Of a DNA stretch of 64,000 bases, positions 43,291 to 57,660 are shown one piece after another. The DNA comes from Paraspadella gotoi (taxonomy: Eukaryota > Animalia > Chaetognatha). The stretch is from positions 6,329,525 to 6,393,524 of the forward strand of contig CM119268.1 of the NCBI GenBank assembly GCA_051294375.1, written 5' to 3'. Positions within the stretch are counted from its first letter, which is position 1, and each line of letters starts with the position of its first letter. Made by a program: the position numbers and the translations under genes. Under the pieces are notes generated by a model. It did no database searches, had not been told where the DNA came from, and worked only from the letters and a program-made list of their open reading frames with translations.

Positions 43291-45551
43291 TCATTTATTT
43301 CCACGTGGAGACAATTCCGCGTTCTCCTTCCTCATGCTCTCCAAATCTTTTGTGATCTGCTGCAGGTTGGCCTCCATCCCGAGTCCTTCCTCGCGCTCGA
43401 TGGCGTCTTCGACGTCCCGCGTTGCGCGAACCGCGGATCCGATCTCTTCTATGGCGGAAATGAGGGAGGCGCAGCTCTCGTGCAGCGACGCTAACAATTT
43501 GTAGGCTTTTCTGGAAGTAGAGGAATTATTTCTAGTTTCTACGGGGGCGTTTATAAAAAAGCTAGTAACTAATCATGATTATCAAAATCATTATCATAAT
43601 CAAGATTGCCTACTTCCTTACCTCACGGCCTCGTCCTTCTTGGCATCTCGAAAAACGACCTCGTCGACAACGACGAAGCTGCGCTCAAGTCTCCCGTTGA
43701 GGGCGTTGATGTCTTTCTGCAGATTCTTGGTGTCCCCTAGGATTCGATCCATCTCTCCTTTTTGCTTCTTAATGTTGGCGATAATCTCCAAAATGCGTTT
43801 GGTGAATGAGGTTCGAGAAACGGGGTCCTTTTCGTAAAAAAATGGGCAGAGTTAATATTGAAATTTCAATTGTCATCCCGTAATAAAGTTGGAGGAAAGG
43901 GATCGTTAACTACCTTTGGAGCTTTCTCCAACTCCTTGGCCAGGGTTTTTATAGACGACTCTTTCTTAACTAGATCTTCTTTAACCCTTTGATATTTGTC
44001 CGCGGCGACCGTCGCTTCTTCTTCCAGTGCTGCCGTCACCTGGCCCTTGACGCCGCTGCGATCGGCGAGGGCGCGGATCTCTTCCTCGAGCGGCGAGCGA
44101 ACGGCGTTCCATTGCTCCTGAAGTCTAACCATCCTTTGCTGGGATGCGGCGATGGCGGATTCGAGACGGTCCACGGATCCAGAAACGTCGGGCAATAACG
44201 CCGCCAACTTGTCGCCGCGTTCACATACATCTTCCGCGGCGCGAGCGGAGCGTGCCAGTTCGGCGATCTGGATCTCCTTAATACGCTTGGAATCGACGAC
44301 GGAGACGACAGCGGTGGAGAGTTGATCATTGTCGTGAGCGGCGCTCTCGATCTCGGCCCGGATGTCCGCCAAAGTGGCCTCCCGCGCCGCTAATATTTCC
44401 TCCTCGGATCGGTGCGTCTTGACATCAACTTGGCGCTTTGGCGAAGAATCTTCCACCGATTCCAAACTCGATTTTAACGACGTTGCTATAGAAACGGGAG
44501 TTGCTTTATTCCCCGTCGATTCTTTCAGGGCGGGAAGCAACTCTTCCGGCGACGCCACACTCTTGGCTTCGTTAATGGACTCAGTTAACATGGCTTTTAC
44601 GTTGTACCTAGTGTTTTTTTTTTCATTTACGTATAATTTAACTACTTAAATAATCATTCTCATACCAACCTCATTTTGTCTTTTCTTCCTTTCCTCGGCT
44701 CAGCATTAGCCATGCCTCCACTCTCCCTTTCCGCCTTCATTGCTACCAATCTCAGAGCGTTGGCTTCCAGCAAGGACGAAGCCAACACCGACCTGCGTTC
44801 CGTCTGTTGCCAGAACCAAGGCATAATTTCGTCGAGATAAAAGTATTCATCCGACGAGGGGTCGATTTTCCCGACTGACGCATTGGGCACGCTTATCCTC
44901 TTTGCTATAAAAGGTTCCTTCGTTCTACTTTTCATCGACAATCCCCACGGGCGATAGTCGACTCCGAGCGGGTCTTCTCCGGCATTGACGACGCCACTGC
45001 GATCCCAGGGAGGGCGAACGGCGCCGGGCACCCGGATTCGGCCGAGATCAGCGGCGATTGCAGCGGTGGCTTGTCGCCGCAACCGGCTCGCAGCGTCAGG
45101 GTCGTCGTCAACTGGCGAATCGAATTCTGCCTTGTCCTTAGGCAACGCCTCCACTAAAAATAAGAGAAGGGCGCGCACGTCCGCTGCATTGAGGTACATA
45201 AAGGTTTGATAGCCTATCTCGCCAGGAAAACCGGCTTGACGGACGGCGTCGGCCAGCTTGGTGCCGATTCTGTCGAAAAAGAGCCGATGGCGGCAAGAAT
45301 TTATAAATACGCTCAAGCCAAAACGAAGTACACCTCTGAAACATTCACCTAAACCTCGCCGCCATGTTGGGCGGCATTCGAAGAGGCAGGTCAAGCGTGG
45401 GATCGATGAACATGAGGCATCTAGAGGCGGCTTCCAGGACGTCGTCGACGGTCAGTTCGTTGAGGGTCGAAGGCGAAGTTTCAGAGGCGGAGAGGCGATT
45501 CAAGCCGACTTGACGCAGCGCGTGAATCACCAAGCGGTCGACCTCCTCCAT
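43291..45551 (-). CDS. CCDC22: Coiled-coil domain-containing protein 22 (CCC/Commander complex), multi-exon
   Basis: MEEVDRLVIHALRQVG, MPPNMAARFR, GEIGYQTFMY, RTSFTKRILEIIANIKKQK, LERSFVVVDEVVFRDAKKDE, RKAYKLLASLH, DLESMRKEN. Confidence 0.95.
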
Positions 45552-45743
45552 TGTCACTCGATTGTGGGATAAATAATTTCAAACAAATTGTTTACGCATT
45601 AAGCGCCACGACTGATAACAAAAACTATCACGAAAAAATGTATCAAGTTTTCACACAAACAAATGTCCAATGACAAATATAAATGAAAAAATCAGCGAAT
45701 GTATAAATAACATTTAACAAAGGTTGGGATGGTGTGGCTAATT

Positions 45744-46192
45744 TCACGAGAGTTGCGCCTTAAACTCGTCCGCTTCGAGAGCGTGAAAAGCTTTTGTTCG
45801 GTTGATGTCGTCGAGATATTCGGTCCCGATGCAGCGACGATTCGTCACGGGATCGACCGTTGTCCCTTTCGGAAAAATCACCTGAAAGTCAAATACAAAT
45901 CTTCCAGCGTTCTTTCGCCGAGATGTCAACGAGTTCCAAATTAAAAAAAAACCTTATGCACGGTGTGTCTGACGTCAACGGCGTGTTCTTGTGGCAACTC
46001 TTTGATGAGCACGAGGTCGCCCTGTTGACAGGAATTGTCTTGATCCAGCGCCCAAAGCTCGGTAGATTCGTTGAAGTGTTTATTGAGTTTAGCGTTGAAG
46101 ACCATGTGGACCACCTTCACTTTAATGAAATCGTGTCTCTTACCCATCTGTACTTTAGCCACTTGCAGCAAGTGGCGAGTTACGTGAGCCAT
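45744..46192 (-). CDS. MRPS17: Mitochondrial ribosomal protein S17 (uS17m), 2 exons
   Basis: KVKVVHMVFNAKLNKHF..LWALD...CQQGDLVLIKELP..VRHTVHK|VIFPKG..VDPVTNRRCIGTEY. Confidence 0.88.
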
Positions 46193-46360
46193 GATAGACT
46201 AGAGGGAATAATTTAAAAAATAAAATTTGGACATTTTCGAATGTGTGAAATCATTAAAAAGTGAATTGATTACTGGAAAAATATTTGATAGGGCGACGCG
46301 GCATAAAACTGATTGTGCTGTAATAATTTTTGTTATTTGTCCAAACTAAAAGTCTCAAAT

Positions 46361-48942
46361 CTACGAATCTCTCATCAGAGCGTCAATCTCTTTCATAAAT
46401 TCGTCATAGGCATCTTCTTTAACTCTGGCGATTTCACTAGAATTTTGTTGTCTTTCGTTGCCTTGAGCGCTCCACATACGCGTCCCCGTATTCGGCATGC
46501 GTCCCCCACGGACTGACGACGGTTCTCGTTTTATCTGAGAGAAAGACGAAACCGTAGGGAAAAAAATAATAAAAGTATAGTGATCTCGCCTGACGTTACT
46601 ATCAAAACAAGTTTGAGCAAACAATGTCGGATCTGCCCACGATCATTATCGATAATTAATTAACTAATTTAGTAATTCAAGTTTATTAATTAATTAAGCA
46701 ATTTAATAATTTATGTTAATTAATTAAATAATTAGGCAATTAATTAAATAATTTGATCCCAAATGTTTGTTTTTAGAACTTTTTATCACTATGATAAAAG
46801 CAATGACGACGAATCAGAAGAAGCAGCGACGGAAAAAAAGAGAGAGAGCGACATATAATTAAAAGAGAGAGAACGACATATATTTAAAAGTAAGAGATAG
46901 AGAGATAGAGAGCTGGAAAGCCACTGCAGAGTTGAACACTTCTATATATATAATTGTTTTGTATGAGTGGAGGAATATGAAACAACAATTTAAATAAAAG
47001 ACCTCAATGATGAGAAGCCATACCTAAATTTTTAACTTCCTATGGTTACACACTCGAGCTATTTTCAATGTTTAAACAGCATAACATCGACGACGGCACG
47101 AAACAATACTAAATGGTTATCTATGCCCAAGACGGGCTTAAAACAGTGACGAGATAAAAAAACCTCAAACCTCAAACTCAACAATATCCCGAGTACCTTA
47201 AGCGCGGTGGGCATAAACCTCATAACTTCAGGGTTCACTTTACGAAGCTGCGGCGTGGCAACGATCGTAGCCGCGTCGCGCCGCCGCTGCTCCTCCCGTC
47301 GCTGATGCAGCGCCGTTATCCGTCCGCGCTGTCGAGGCAACTCTTTCAGCGGATCCTTGAGCAAGATCGGATCCGTCGGTTTTGGACAAAGAGTGCTAGG
47401 GAGAGAAGGCGGCGGCGGAACGGAAGGCAAACGGAGCAAAATCGAGGGAGGCGGAAGACCTTTTGGGGGACCCGGGGGGATCGCGGGAAGACCTTTTGGG
47501 GGACCCGAGGGGATTGCGGGGAGCGGGAGCCGGGGAAGAGGGAACCGTGGCGGAGGAAGGGATGGAAAAGCCGGCGATTCGCAGGCGGGCGGTGGACCGG
47601 TGGGAGGTAGAACGTGAAACACCGTAGCAGTCGGTGGAGGCGGTCCGAGCGGGGGCAATGGGGAAAACGCCGGCTGCGGGGGTCTCGGAGAGGCCAAATC
47701 GGAAAGCGGAGAAGCGGTGACGGGCAATGCGTCGTCTTTAAACGTAACGCGGAGAGAAACGTGACTGCATGAACCCATAAAAAAAAAAATTGAAACGAAG
47801 AACTCTCCGTCTTAATTAATTTTTCCACTCGACGCACCTCGAACCCGCGGCGCGTTCCACGATCGTCTCCGCCTCGATCAACTGCTGCTCGCGCAACAAA
47901 GCCCGCGCGATGGCCTCGCTGAGGTCGTCTGATTCGTCCAGTGGGGGCGGGTCGCCCGGAGGAGGGCCCGGAGAAAGACGAGACGACCGATTGCCACGGG
48001 CGACGCGAGAATTAAAAAACCGAGTGGCGGTGGCGTTGGAATTGGCGTCGCGGTCTGGTCGCTTCAGAATGCCTGAAGACGAGGTTTTCTTCAACTATCC
48101 TGAATCAAGATCGACCCGACCATCATCGCACCCTTAGATTTATTTTGTTTAGAACTCCTCGTGGGTTTCTTCGTTTCCTTCTTCTTTCTTTTTCTCTCGC
48201 TTCGTCCCGATGACAAGAGCGGCGGAGCCATCATGTCCAGCGGCATCGGGATGGCGTCCACGGTGACTCGCTGCGCCTCTTTCACCGCTTCGTAATAACG
48301 CTGTTTTTCCCGGCGTTTGTGCTCGTAGCTGGTATTAAGAAAGTTGTCAAGTTGCCAAGATAATTTTAGAAGTTCTAATTCACTTATCGAAAAATATCAA
48401 AAGTTATATCTTTATAACTAAGTTTACTTTTTTTATTGGGTAGTTAATTGCAATTATTGCGTTGCATGTAAAAGAGAAAAAATTAACTCCAACAAAGATA
48501 AAAGAGGCAAAGAATATATTTCCACACCTGACAATGATATCCCTGATTTCGGGATAGTGAGATGGTTCTTCCCGCTGATAAAATCTCATGATCCTGTAAA
48601 GGGTGTCCATGAGTTTTTTGCGTTTCTCCTTCAAAGTTTGTTCGGCTATGACAGGGAGATGAATCGGGTCGTACTCGACTGCGTCGAGACTTTCCAACTC
48701 CGCCACGAGCAGTTTGGGATCTTTCCCCTTCATGGCCAAGGCACGGACCTGGAAAAACCCGGATTTTTTTTGGGTGTTTTTTTATTCCTTTCAGAAAACT
48801 TATTCCCTTCCCTACCAATTCTCACCATCTGACGCTGCTTTTTGTTTCGCTTGAGCTCTCTCTTCCTCGCAAATTTTCTTGCTTGATCAGTGGGATTCAT
48901 GAATTTCCCTCCTTTCGTACAGTTAACAGGACGTTTTCCCAT
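46361..48942 (-). CDS. WBP11: WW domain-binding protein 11 (Npw38BP/SIPP1), multi-exon
   Basis: MGKRPVNCTKGGKFMNPTDQARKFARKRELKRNKKQRQMVR, PGPPPGDPP, LRVTF (PP1-docking-like), proline-rich region, ATIVATPQLR..RFMPTALK, DAYDEFMKEI. Confidence 0.95.
46570..47158 (-). mobile_element. HINE/DINE-1-like element in last WBP11 intron, containing a fragment of the second family
   Basis: aaaagtatagtgatctcgcctgacgttactatcaa start, shared core, degenerate end gtgacgagat; aacaagtttgagc... fragment at ~46606-46770. Confidence 0.72.
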
Positions 48943-49509
48943 TTTGCTTCTCTTTTTAGGAGCGAAAATTTTAGTTATTTGTACTTGGTAGTCGTTAACG
49001 GGTTGTGGGTTAAAATTTATTGGGCATCGCCTCTATTTTACACTTGTAAATCCTTGAAATTGGTTGGACCGTAACTAACGAAGAAATGAGTTGAAATTTT
49101 TAATAAGTAACCTCCTGCCAGCAAAGATAGGCGCTTTAATTGGAAATAAGTTGAGATGGTTACCCTAATTATTCATAACATCGGTTTATATAAGTTCAGT
49201 TGAGAATGAACATAAGGCAACTTGGCTGACTTCTTAGTGATAGGAAATGTAAATGAGATTGAACTCAATCTCATTTGAAATAATTCACAAATTAATCTAC
49301 TACAATACTATCGAGGTATTTTGAACAATGAATATTTTGTTGGCCTTCCGTTGACAAATATGAAACTAAAACCTCACTAATTCGTTATCGAATTAAAAAT
49401 TTAACGATAAAATTGGAATTTAATATTTATCAAACAATCAAAATGTTCCATCACAAAACAGACTTTTATTCCGACTGTTATCTTTGTTTTAGCTTTAAGA
49501 ATTATTAGT

Positions 49510-52500
49510 TTATCTCCATGAGCTAAAAGATGATCCACCGCCGCCACTGGCACCGGGAGACGCAGGGGAACCAAACGGCGCCTGTTGCGTGCCGGATCCG
49601 AACGAGGCCGGGGCCGGCGAACCGAAGGGGGGCGCCCCGGATGTAGCGGCGCTACTGAAACCGCCAAAAGAGGGATTGGAAGCTCCGGCGATGGAACCAA
49701 AGGTCGGGGCGTTGGAGGCGAGAGCGCCGAAGGACGGCGTTGATTGGTTCGCGATGGAACCGAAAGCAGTCGTGGTCGAAGCGGGAGCTAAAATTAGATG
49801 AAATGCAGATTGATTCAGCGTTAAAAACTATCTAGACACCGTTACGCTAACTAATATTTAAATTTATTTAAAATACTGATACACAATCCATTTTCGTTTA
49901 CAAATTCTCATTGCTCATAAAATGTGATTAACTATTCTCACCGGTTCCACTTCCAAATATTTTACTCGGCGACGTCGCTCCGAAAACCGGGGCTCCGCCG
50001 AATCCCGAGCTGGCGCCGAAGGCGGGCGGAGATCCGAAGGCTGTGCCGGCGAAAGCTGGCGCAGCGCCGAAAGCCGAGCCCGAGGACGACGTGGGAGTTT
50101 TGGGTGGAGAGGAGAGGGCGCCACCGAAAACTCCTTGAGAGAGAGAAGGTCCTCCGGTGGAGAAGGGACCCGACGGTTTGGCAGTGGTGCTGACGGAAGA
50201 TCCGAAACCGCTGGCCGAGGCGCCGAAAAGACCGGGCGTCCCCGTCGAAGTCGTCGGGGTTCCAAAGACACTGCCGGTGGTCGCCGCGACGCCAGCTCCG
50301 AAAGGATTCTTGTTGGCGCTCTCTGCGGAAGCTTGACCGCCGAGGCCAGAAAACATTCCGCCTCCGCCTCCAAACAAGTTGCCGGAGGAAGTGGAGACGG
50401 GCGCGGGACCAAAAATCGAGCGCGCCGCCGTCGATGGAGTCGCGGATCCAAATGCAGATGGCGCGGCGCCAAAGCCAGATGACGGCGCTCCGAAGACACT
50501 AGTCGTCGCGGGTGTTGACGTTGAGGGCGGTTGGCCAAAAACCGTGGACGTTGTTGTCTTTTGACCAAAGAGTGCAGATGTTGATGCTCCAAATACTGAT
50601 CCTGTCGCTGTGCCTCCACCAAACACTGAAGACGAGGTTGAGGCGGCTGGCTGGCCAAAGACTGGAGGCTGGAGACAGGAGTGGCTCCGAAGCCTAATGA
50701 AGCTGTTGTAGAAACAGCTCCAAAGGCGCTAGGGCATCACTTGTGGTAACTGCTCCAAACATGTTCGATGCAGCCGTTGATGAGGCCGCCCCAAAAAGAC
50801 TGGGCGCAGCTGTTGTGGTGGCTTGGCCAAATATACTGGGTGTTCCGGAAGTGGACGTAGCACCAAAAACACTTGAAGCCGACGTCGTAGATACACCAAA
50901 CATATTGGTTGCTGCCGTTGTGGAGGCTGCTCCAAAAATGCTCGGTGCTGCAGTGGACACTGCACTGAAAACAAGGGGTGTTTGAGACGAAGGTGCAGTG
51001 CCGAATACGGTGGGGGCCGCGGTTACGGGGGCTGCGCCAAAGACGTTAGAGGCTGAAGTAGAGGTCGCCGAGCCAAATTTAGGCGGTGCGGAGGATGCAG
51101 CGCCAAAAAGCGATGGCGTCGTGGACGACGACTGCCCAAAAACCGGAGCAGAATTTGTCGTCATTGGACCAAAAATTGAAGAGGAGGACGACGAAGAGCC
51201 GAAGGCAGACTTAGCCCCAAAGACAGACGTCGCCGTCGTTGAGGACGTGGCTGGCTTGGCAAACACCGACGCCGATGCGCCGACCATAAGCGAGGAAGAC
51301 GAGGAGGACAAAGTCGATGTAGAGAGAAGCGTCGTGGACGAGGCACTGGAAGTCTCAGGCACGGATGTCAAAGGAACAGTGGCGAGAGAGGGAGCAATGG
51401 TTGTTGAGGTTGCGCTTGCGGGCGCTTGTCCAAATACGGACGCGGTGGCAATGGACGCAGAGGAGGTCGACGAAGGCGCTAAGGATGTTGCTACTCCAAA
51501 GACCGAAGGATGGCTTGAAGAAAGCGTTGTGGATGTCGCCGCCCCGAAGACCGAAGAAGGGTGGCTTGAAGACAGCGTTGTGGATGTCGCCGCCCCGAAG
51601 ACCGAAGAAGGATGGCTTGAAGACAGCGTTGTGGATGTCGCTGCCCCGAAGACCGAAGAAGGGTGGCTCGAAGATAGCGTTGTGGATGTCGCTGCCCCGA
51701 AGACCGAAGAAGGGTGGCTCGAAGACAGCGTTGTGGATGTCGCCGCCCCAAAGACCAAAGAAGGGTGGCTTGAAGACAGCGTTGTGGCTGTTGCCGCCCC
51801 AAAGACCGAAGATGGATGGCCCAAAGACAGAGTTGTGGATGCCTCCGCCCCAAAGATGGAAGTGCTCGATGAGAGCGTGGAAGACGTCGCGACTCCGAAA
51901 ATTGAAGAAGGCGTGGCAGAGGTAGGGGCAGACGACGGCACGGAAGAAGGGGCTGAAGAGGGCGAGCCCAATGTTGAAGATTTCAAAGTGGTCGAAGAGG
52001 AGGAACTGCCCAGTGTTAAAGAGGAAATAGAAGACGAGACAGGTGTCGTTGTTGTTGACTTAGTCGCGACTCCAAACACGTTCGAAGGTTTGGTAGTTTG
52101 GCCAAAGATAGTCGCGGCGCCGTCGCCAATCCCGCCGCTCGATGATGAAAAGGTAGACGACGAAAGAGTCGAGGACGAGACGGAGCCACTGATGCCAACG
52201 CCGGTAGGGATCGAATTCGTCGCTTTCGGTACGAAGAGGGAAGAAGCAGCGGCGTCGCCGGCGCCAACTCCCAGTCCGGCGAAACCGGCGCCCGATGGTT
52301 TGGCCAAAGCGGCGGAGACGGAAAAGGTTTGACGAAGAGGCGGCTTGGTCGACCCAGAACGAGATTTCGGTTCGTCTGAGGAATAAATCCTTAAGTTAGA
52401 ACATAACTAAGATTACACAATTATAATTATATAATTACATAATCGATAGGTTGATTATTATTGTTTTATAATTTTCTGAATTTTTACCCTTGACACCGGC

Positions 52501-55500
52501 CAACGCTTTGGATTCAGCTTCTGAAATCTGAGCCTCGGGTAAAAGATTAACTCCAGCGAGTTGTGCGTCCGATTCTGTAGCTTCTGGTTCTTCCATATCC
52601 TGTTTTTAAAAAAATATCAATCTTCAAACATGCAAAATAAACCCTAAACGTAAAAATACATCGCGCTGATATACGTGACCTTCAAGGCTTGAAGCGCCTC
52701 CGGATCCAGAGCCTGGCCGAAAGCGGGAGTGGATCTCCCTGAAACCGCTGGAGACTTAGAGAAAGTGGGCGTTCCAGAAGGCGTCGCAGAGGATGGCGTC
52801 TTTTGACTTGTAGCACCAAAAACCGGAGTCGCCGGTCTAATATTAAAATTTGTTTTTTATTTTTTATTATTTTTTTTTAGAAAAAATATTTACGCAAGAA
52901 AGAATGAAAAAAATTCCTAGATAAAATGAAAAAAGAAGAGAAGAACATCTGTGCCCATCACCTGGCGGCGCCAAAAGTAAAAGCGGCGGAAGGAGTGGTA
53001 GCGGGCGTTTCTGCACGCGATTCTGTACGCGATTCAGATGCATCTGAAAGGGAAAAGGACAAATAATAAAACATTTCTTTACCATGGATCTTTGAAAAAT
53101 AAGAAATCTTGTATTGAATTGTCACCTTTGCTTTTGCTATTTGTTTCTATACAGAGATCCACGCCAGAACCAAGAATCGGCGGCGGCGGCGCCATTTTAA
53201 TCGGCGTGCTTGAAGAGAGGCCACCAAAGGAGAAACTGAAGTTTAAACCCGAAGTCTTCGCGGGAGAAGCGGCAGCAGCGACAAGGGCGGCCGGAGAACC
53301 TGCAGCGGCGACAGGAGCAGTAAGGCCAGCGCCAGCGTTTGACGATGTGGGCTTAAAGGAAAACGCCGGTACCGCAGGGGCCGTAGAAGAGGTCGTCGTG
53401 ACGGCACCGAACCCAGTTTTGAAAGCGCCTTCTGTCTTGAATTGTCCTATGACGAATTTCGAAGCGGCTTTTGGAGTCGCCAAGACGGAAGCCTTGTTGA
53501 CGGCATAATCAGCCTCTGTAGATTCTGACTCGGCTGATTCGAATTTCAACGACTGTGGTTTCGAAGTTACGCTCGAGAACGCCCCCGAGGCCGGGGTGGC
53601 AGTTGCCGCCGCCGAGCTCGCGAACCCGAACGTTCCCGATGCAGTAAATTTGGGAGTTGACGATGAAGACGAACCGAAGGAAAACGTTGGCGGCTTAGAG
53701 GAGGAAGCTAAACCAGAAGGCCCCGAAAATACCCCGGATCCGGCGATATCGGGCGCCGTTCCTCGCGACGAAGCAACGCCGAATGATAATTTCGGCGCCG
53801 CCGAAACCGCGGGAGTCGATTTAATCGACGCCGGAACGCTGGGCGAAAAAGCACCGTTAGAAAGAGGCGTTGTGGCCGCTTCCTCGTTCTCCTTCTCGGC
53901 GGCCAAGGCCGCCCGGACGCGGCTAACAGCTGTGGCGGATACAAGACGGGACGCCGCCAAATCTCCGGACGCAATGTGCGATTTGACAACGGGGACTTTT
54001 CTCTTACTCAAAGACTCTCGTAACTTGGCTACGCGTTCGGGAGAAAAGACGGGGCGACGGAGTAATGTCGAAGAACGTTTGGTAGACGCTTGACTGAAGG
54101 TGGCATCGCCGGATCCCCGAGCTGCTGAGGATTTGGATGAAGATTCGAGATTGAGAGATTTTACTTGTTCACGGAGTTCGGAGAGGGCGCGATTTTGGAG
54201 AACGATCGTCTGGTTGTTGTTCCTTGAATAGCGAAATATCAAAATTTACTCGATTAATTATTGTAATAGTCATCAAGTTAAACGTAAAATCAAAATGGAG
54301 AAAAAAATGGGTCGAACCTTAATATAGTAAAAATAGAAGCGAGAGTCAAACAAGAACTCTCCGCCGACTGTCCCCGCCTCTGCCGCCGCTTCATCTCTTG
54401 CGTGGCCTTCCATTCTGCGTCAAGCAAAGTCGTCACGTCGTCAAGTTTGTTCTCGACGGAAACATAGGCATCGCGAATCTCCTTCATTTTGCGACGTGTG
54501 CTCGGGTCGAGCGGCTTGTTGCGCAGCAGGCGGAGGTATTCCGGGTCGCGGTCGTTGTCGACGCGTTGCTTGGCCTGGTCGCCCACGGAGAGCTGCTCCA
54601 TCATCTGATTATAAATCGGTAAACAATAAGTCTTTAGATGATCTTATTCACAGAATTGTCTTCATCAACGAGTTGAAAAGACAGACGAAAAGGTTTTTGA
54701 GTTAATGAGAGATATACCTTGTTTAACTTTCTGACTGTGTCTGTATTTACTATTTTTCCTACGATAACTTTTAAAACTGGGTTTAGCTATTCAGAGGTTT
54801 TGACTTACCCTTATCAGATGACAATGTAAAAGGACAAAATGCGTTCAAGACTTTCAAACTCCCGACGCCACTCACTTGCATCTTAACGGCGTGAACGTCA
54901 AGATTCAAATCCTTCATGCTACACTTGACGTCGTGGAGGAACTGGGCCGAACGCGCCGTCCGACTTGCCAAAGCCTTCATTTCCTTCTCGTCACCGACGC
55001 GGGCATCGATATCCGCCACAAATTTTTTGTGATCGAGCATTTCGCGAGCGAAGTGCGCCAACTCTTCAGCGATGGCTGCGGCGAAAGTTGCATCGGCGGC
55101 GGGCGACCCTCGACGAGCAAATTGGGAAGAGTCGACGGAAAGCGGGTCGGGTTTAGATCCGAGAGTCGACGGAGCTTTCGGCGTTGAAGCGCGGGTCAGT
55201 CGCGCCGACAACGCTTGCGCGTCACTTGAGATCGTAGCTGTTGTTTTCGAAGGGGCGACAGGCGACGGAGCTGCCTGAGGCGTCGATAAGATTGTCGACG
55301 AATTCGTCGACGGCTGCTTCCCCCAGCTGATCGTGAATGGTTTTGCGTTGGAAGTTTCGACGGTGGGCGTCGATGGATTTTGGGCTTTGACAGGAGTCGC
55401 TTTAGACGTTGTCCCTAACAGATGGGGAAAGCTTACCCCTGGTGTCGTCGACGGCGCCGGCTGTGTGGGAAACGGCTTGACCGGAGTGCTAAAAGTCGGG

Positions 55501-57660
55501 AGTGTGGACGGATTTTTCGGAGGAGTCGTGAAACGGGCAGACGATGAGTCAAACGAAGGCGGCGCCTTAGTACCGCCGGCGCCCCCAGAAACGATCGCTC
55601 TTAGATCTGCCCGCTCTCTGACGGCGCCGCCCTCGACGGGCGAAGCGGCAATGGTCGCCATAGCCGATCCAGGAATCGCGTTTATCATGTGAAAGGGCGC
55701 GAGCACGCCGTCCGTCGAGAGAAGTATGAGGATTGGCGACGCCACGTGATAAATGTTGTCACCTAGAGCAATTTTGGAGGTGGCGGTGGTGTCGATGGCG
55801 ACGCCAATGGGCAAAGTGTCAGCGTCGGAGTCGCTGAGAGGAAGTTCGGCTCGACCTGAAGATATTTTGATCGTTGATTTCTCCAGAAAAAGTGCAGGAA
55901 GAGTTTTGTTTTAATTTTAATATGGGCTGGTTAAGAAATGAATACTCTAGAATAGTAGAGCTTCGTAGTAGAAAAAAGAAATAAACTCGCCTTCGTCTGG
56001 AAGGAACCATCGCTCGAAAAGGATCTTATCTCCTGGATGTTTTCCCAGAACCGAGGATTCGAGGGCGTTGTTCGACGAACAGACGATGACGTTCCAATCG
56101 GCAACGAAACGAAAAAAATATTTAGAGGGACGTTCTTCACAAGCGCCGAAGCAGACGTCCTGAACAGAAATATAAAAGAAGCTATGCGTGACAAGAAAAC
56201 GGAAAAGAAGACGGTGTGGACGAACATATCAAACACGCAACCTCGGTCAAACCACTTGACCTTAACAACCTGACCCCGCTCGGTTCCCCCAGTTTATATG
56301 TGGTCAAATCGTTGACCTTTGTAAATACCATTGTAATAGACTTAGAATCTGAGCATTTTGATTGTTATTGTTTATAATCTTGTTGAAGAATAAATCATTC
56401 TTGATCTGAAACTTGTGTCGTCCATAACGGGAAAGTTTTTTTGTTTTTTTTAAATAAAAATAAAATCAAAACGCCTGGGTTTCCACCTGATAGTCAAAAT
56501 ACTTGACAGCCTCGTTCTTGGCGGCGGAGACGGCGATAAGACGAGGCTGTTCCTCGTCGGGGAAGGCGACGGCGGCAAGGAAGAAGGTCGTGGATTGCCA
56601 GAAGACGTCCACGATACCGGTGGAGTCCGGTGGCGCCGCGATGCGCTTCTTCTCCATCAAATCAGGGCTGAACTGAATCAGGCCGCCCGTCGACGAAGAA
56701 CCAACCACCAACTGCTTGCCTGAAGACAAATTACCAAGTACGAATTGGGATTTAAATCTTTAACTTCTTCATTTTCATCGTATTGTTTTACCCTTTGGAC
56801 TCCAACAGAGGCAGTTAGCGTCGACGTGCTTGGCGCCGACGATGACGGTTCCGGCAAAGTCCTCGAGAGAGTTGCCCGCCTGAATCACGCTCACTTTCCC
56901 GTCGGATGTGGCGTAGGCGAGAGTCAAGGGTTGAGCAGGGTTCCATTGGAGGTCCTTGAGACGCACGTCGTCTCCGGTGCAGACGAGGTTCAAATTGAAC
57001 CACGACAGCGACTCTTTTAACAGAGAGGGTCGAGAGAGAAAGAATGAGAAAAAGGTGAAGACAATCTTAGATATTATTTGTAGAATCCAAAACAGAATCA
57101 AATCCGGTCCACTCCAATCCAAAATTTTCTCACCCTTATCTTTTCGCGAAAAATTTCTGACGTCAAAAAAGTAACATTTCGTGTTTGGTCCAGTTTGGAA
57201 GACCGCGGCCAAAGTGAGGTCGTCGCAACTCAGGGCCACGTGAAGAACTTCTGTGGCATCGGGGACGCGGAGAACGGCGATGGGCCTGGCCGGTGAGTCC
57301 AGGGTCAGGCGAGACGACTCGGTACACGCCCCTTCATGAAGGAGAGATTTCGTCTGAGAATCGGGGAGAGGAAGAACGAATGAAGTTCGAACAGAGTTAT
57401 ACCTCTATCCAATGTCTCTCCCGACATTCATTAATCTATTTTCAGTTTTATAGATAACAATAAAAAGCCCACGTTCCCACCTCGAATATCTTGATTTCGG
57501 CAGTGGAAGTCCCGACAAAGACGAGTCCGTATTTGTTGGAGACACACAGAAGACTGAGTCTCTGAGCGGGGAAGGAAGGGAAAGATGGGCCTACCCTGGC
57601 CTTCGCGACCCCGACGAATTTAAACTGTTTTTCCTCTCTCTCTGGTCCGGGTTCTGCCAT
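49510..57660 (-). CDS. NUP214: Nucleoporin NUP214 (beta-propeller, coiled coil, FG repeats), multi-exon
   Basis: SLLCVSNKYGLVFVG, LSCDDLTL, CLCWSPKGKQLVVG, RAELP, ILLSTDGVLAPF, IAEELAHF, YLRLLRNKPLDP, many FG/SVFG repeats, NKNPFG, PTFGSIA, C-terminal FSSWR. Confidence 0.95.
51490..51860 (-). repeat. 51-bp coding minisatellite (SSVFGAATSTTLSSSHP, ~7 copies) in NUP214
   Basis: gaagacagcgttgtggatgtcgccgccccgaagaccgaagaagggtggctt repeated at 51-bp period. Confidence 0.93.

Noticed and set aside
50998-52332. 444-aa plus-strand ORF with repeats (and others such as 9035-9715, 53596-54093)
   Set aside because: Antisense shadows of GC-rich, low-complexity minus-strand exons (NUP214, FAM114A); no independent homology.
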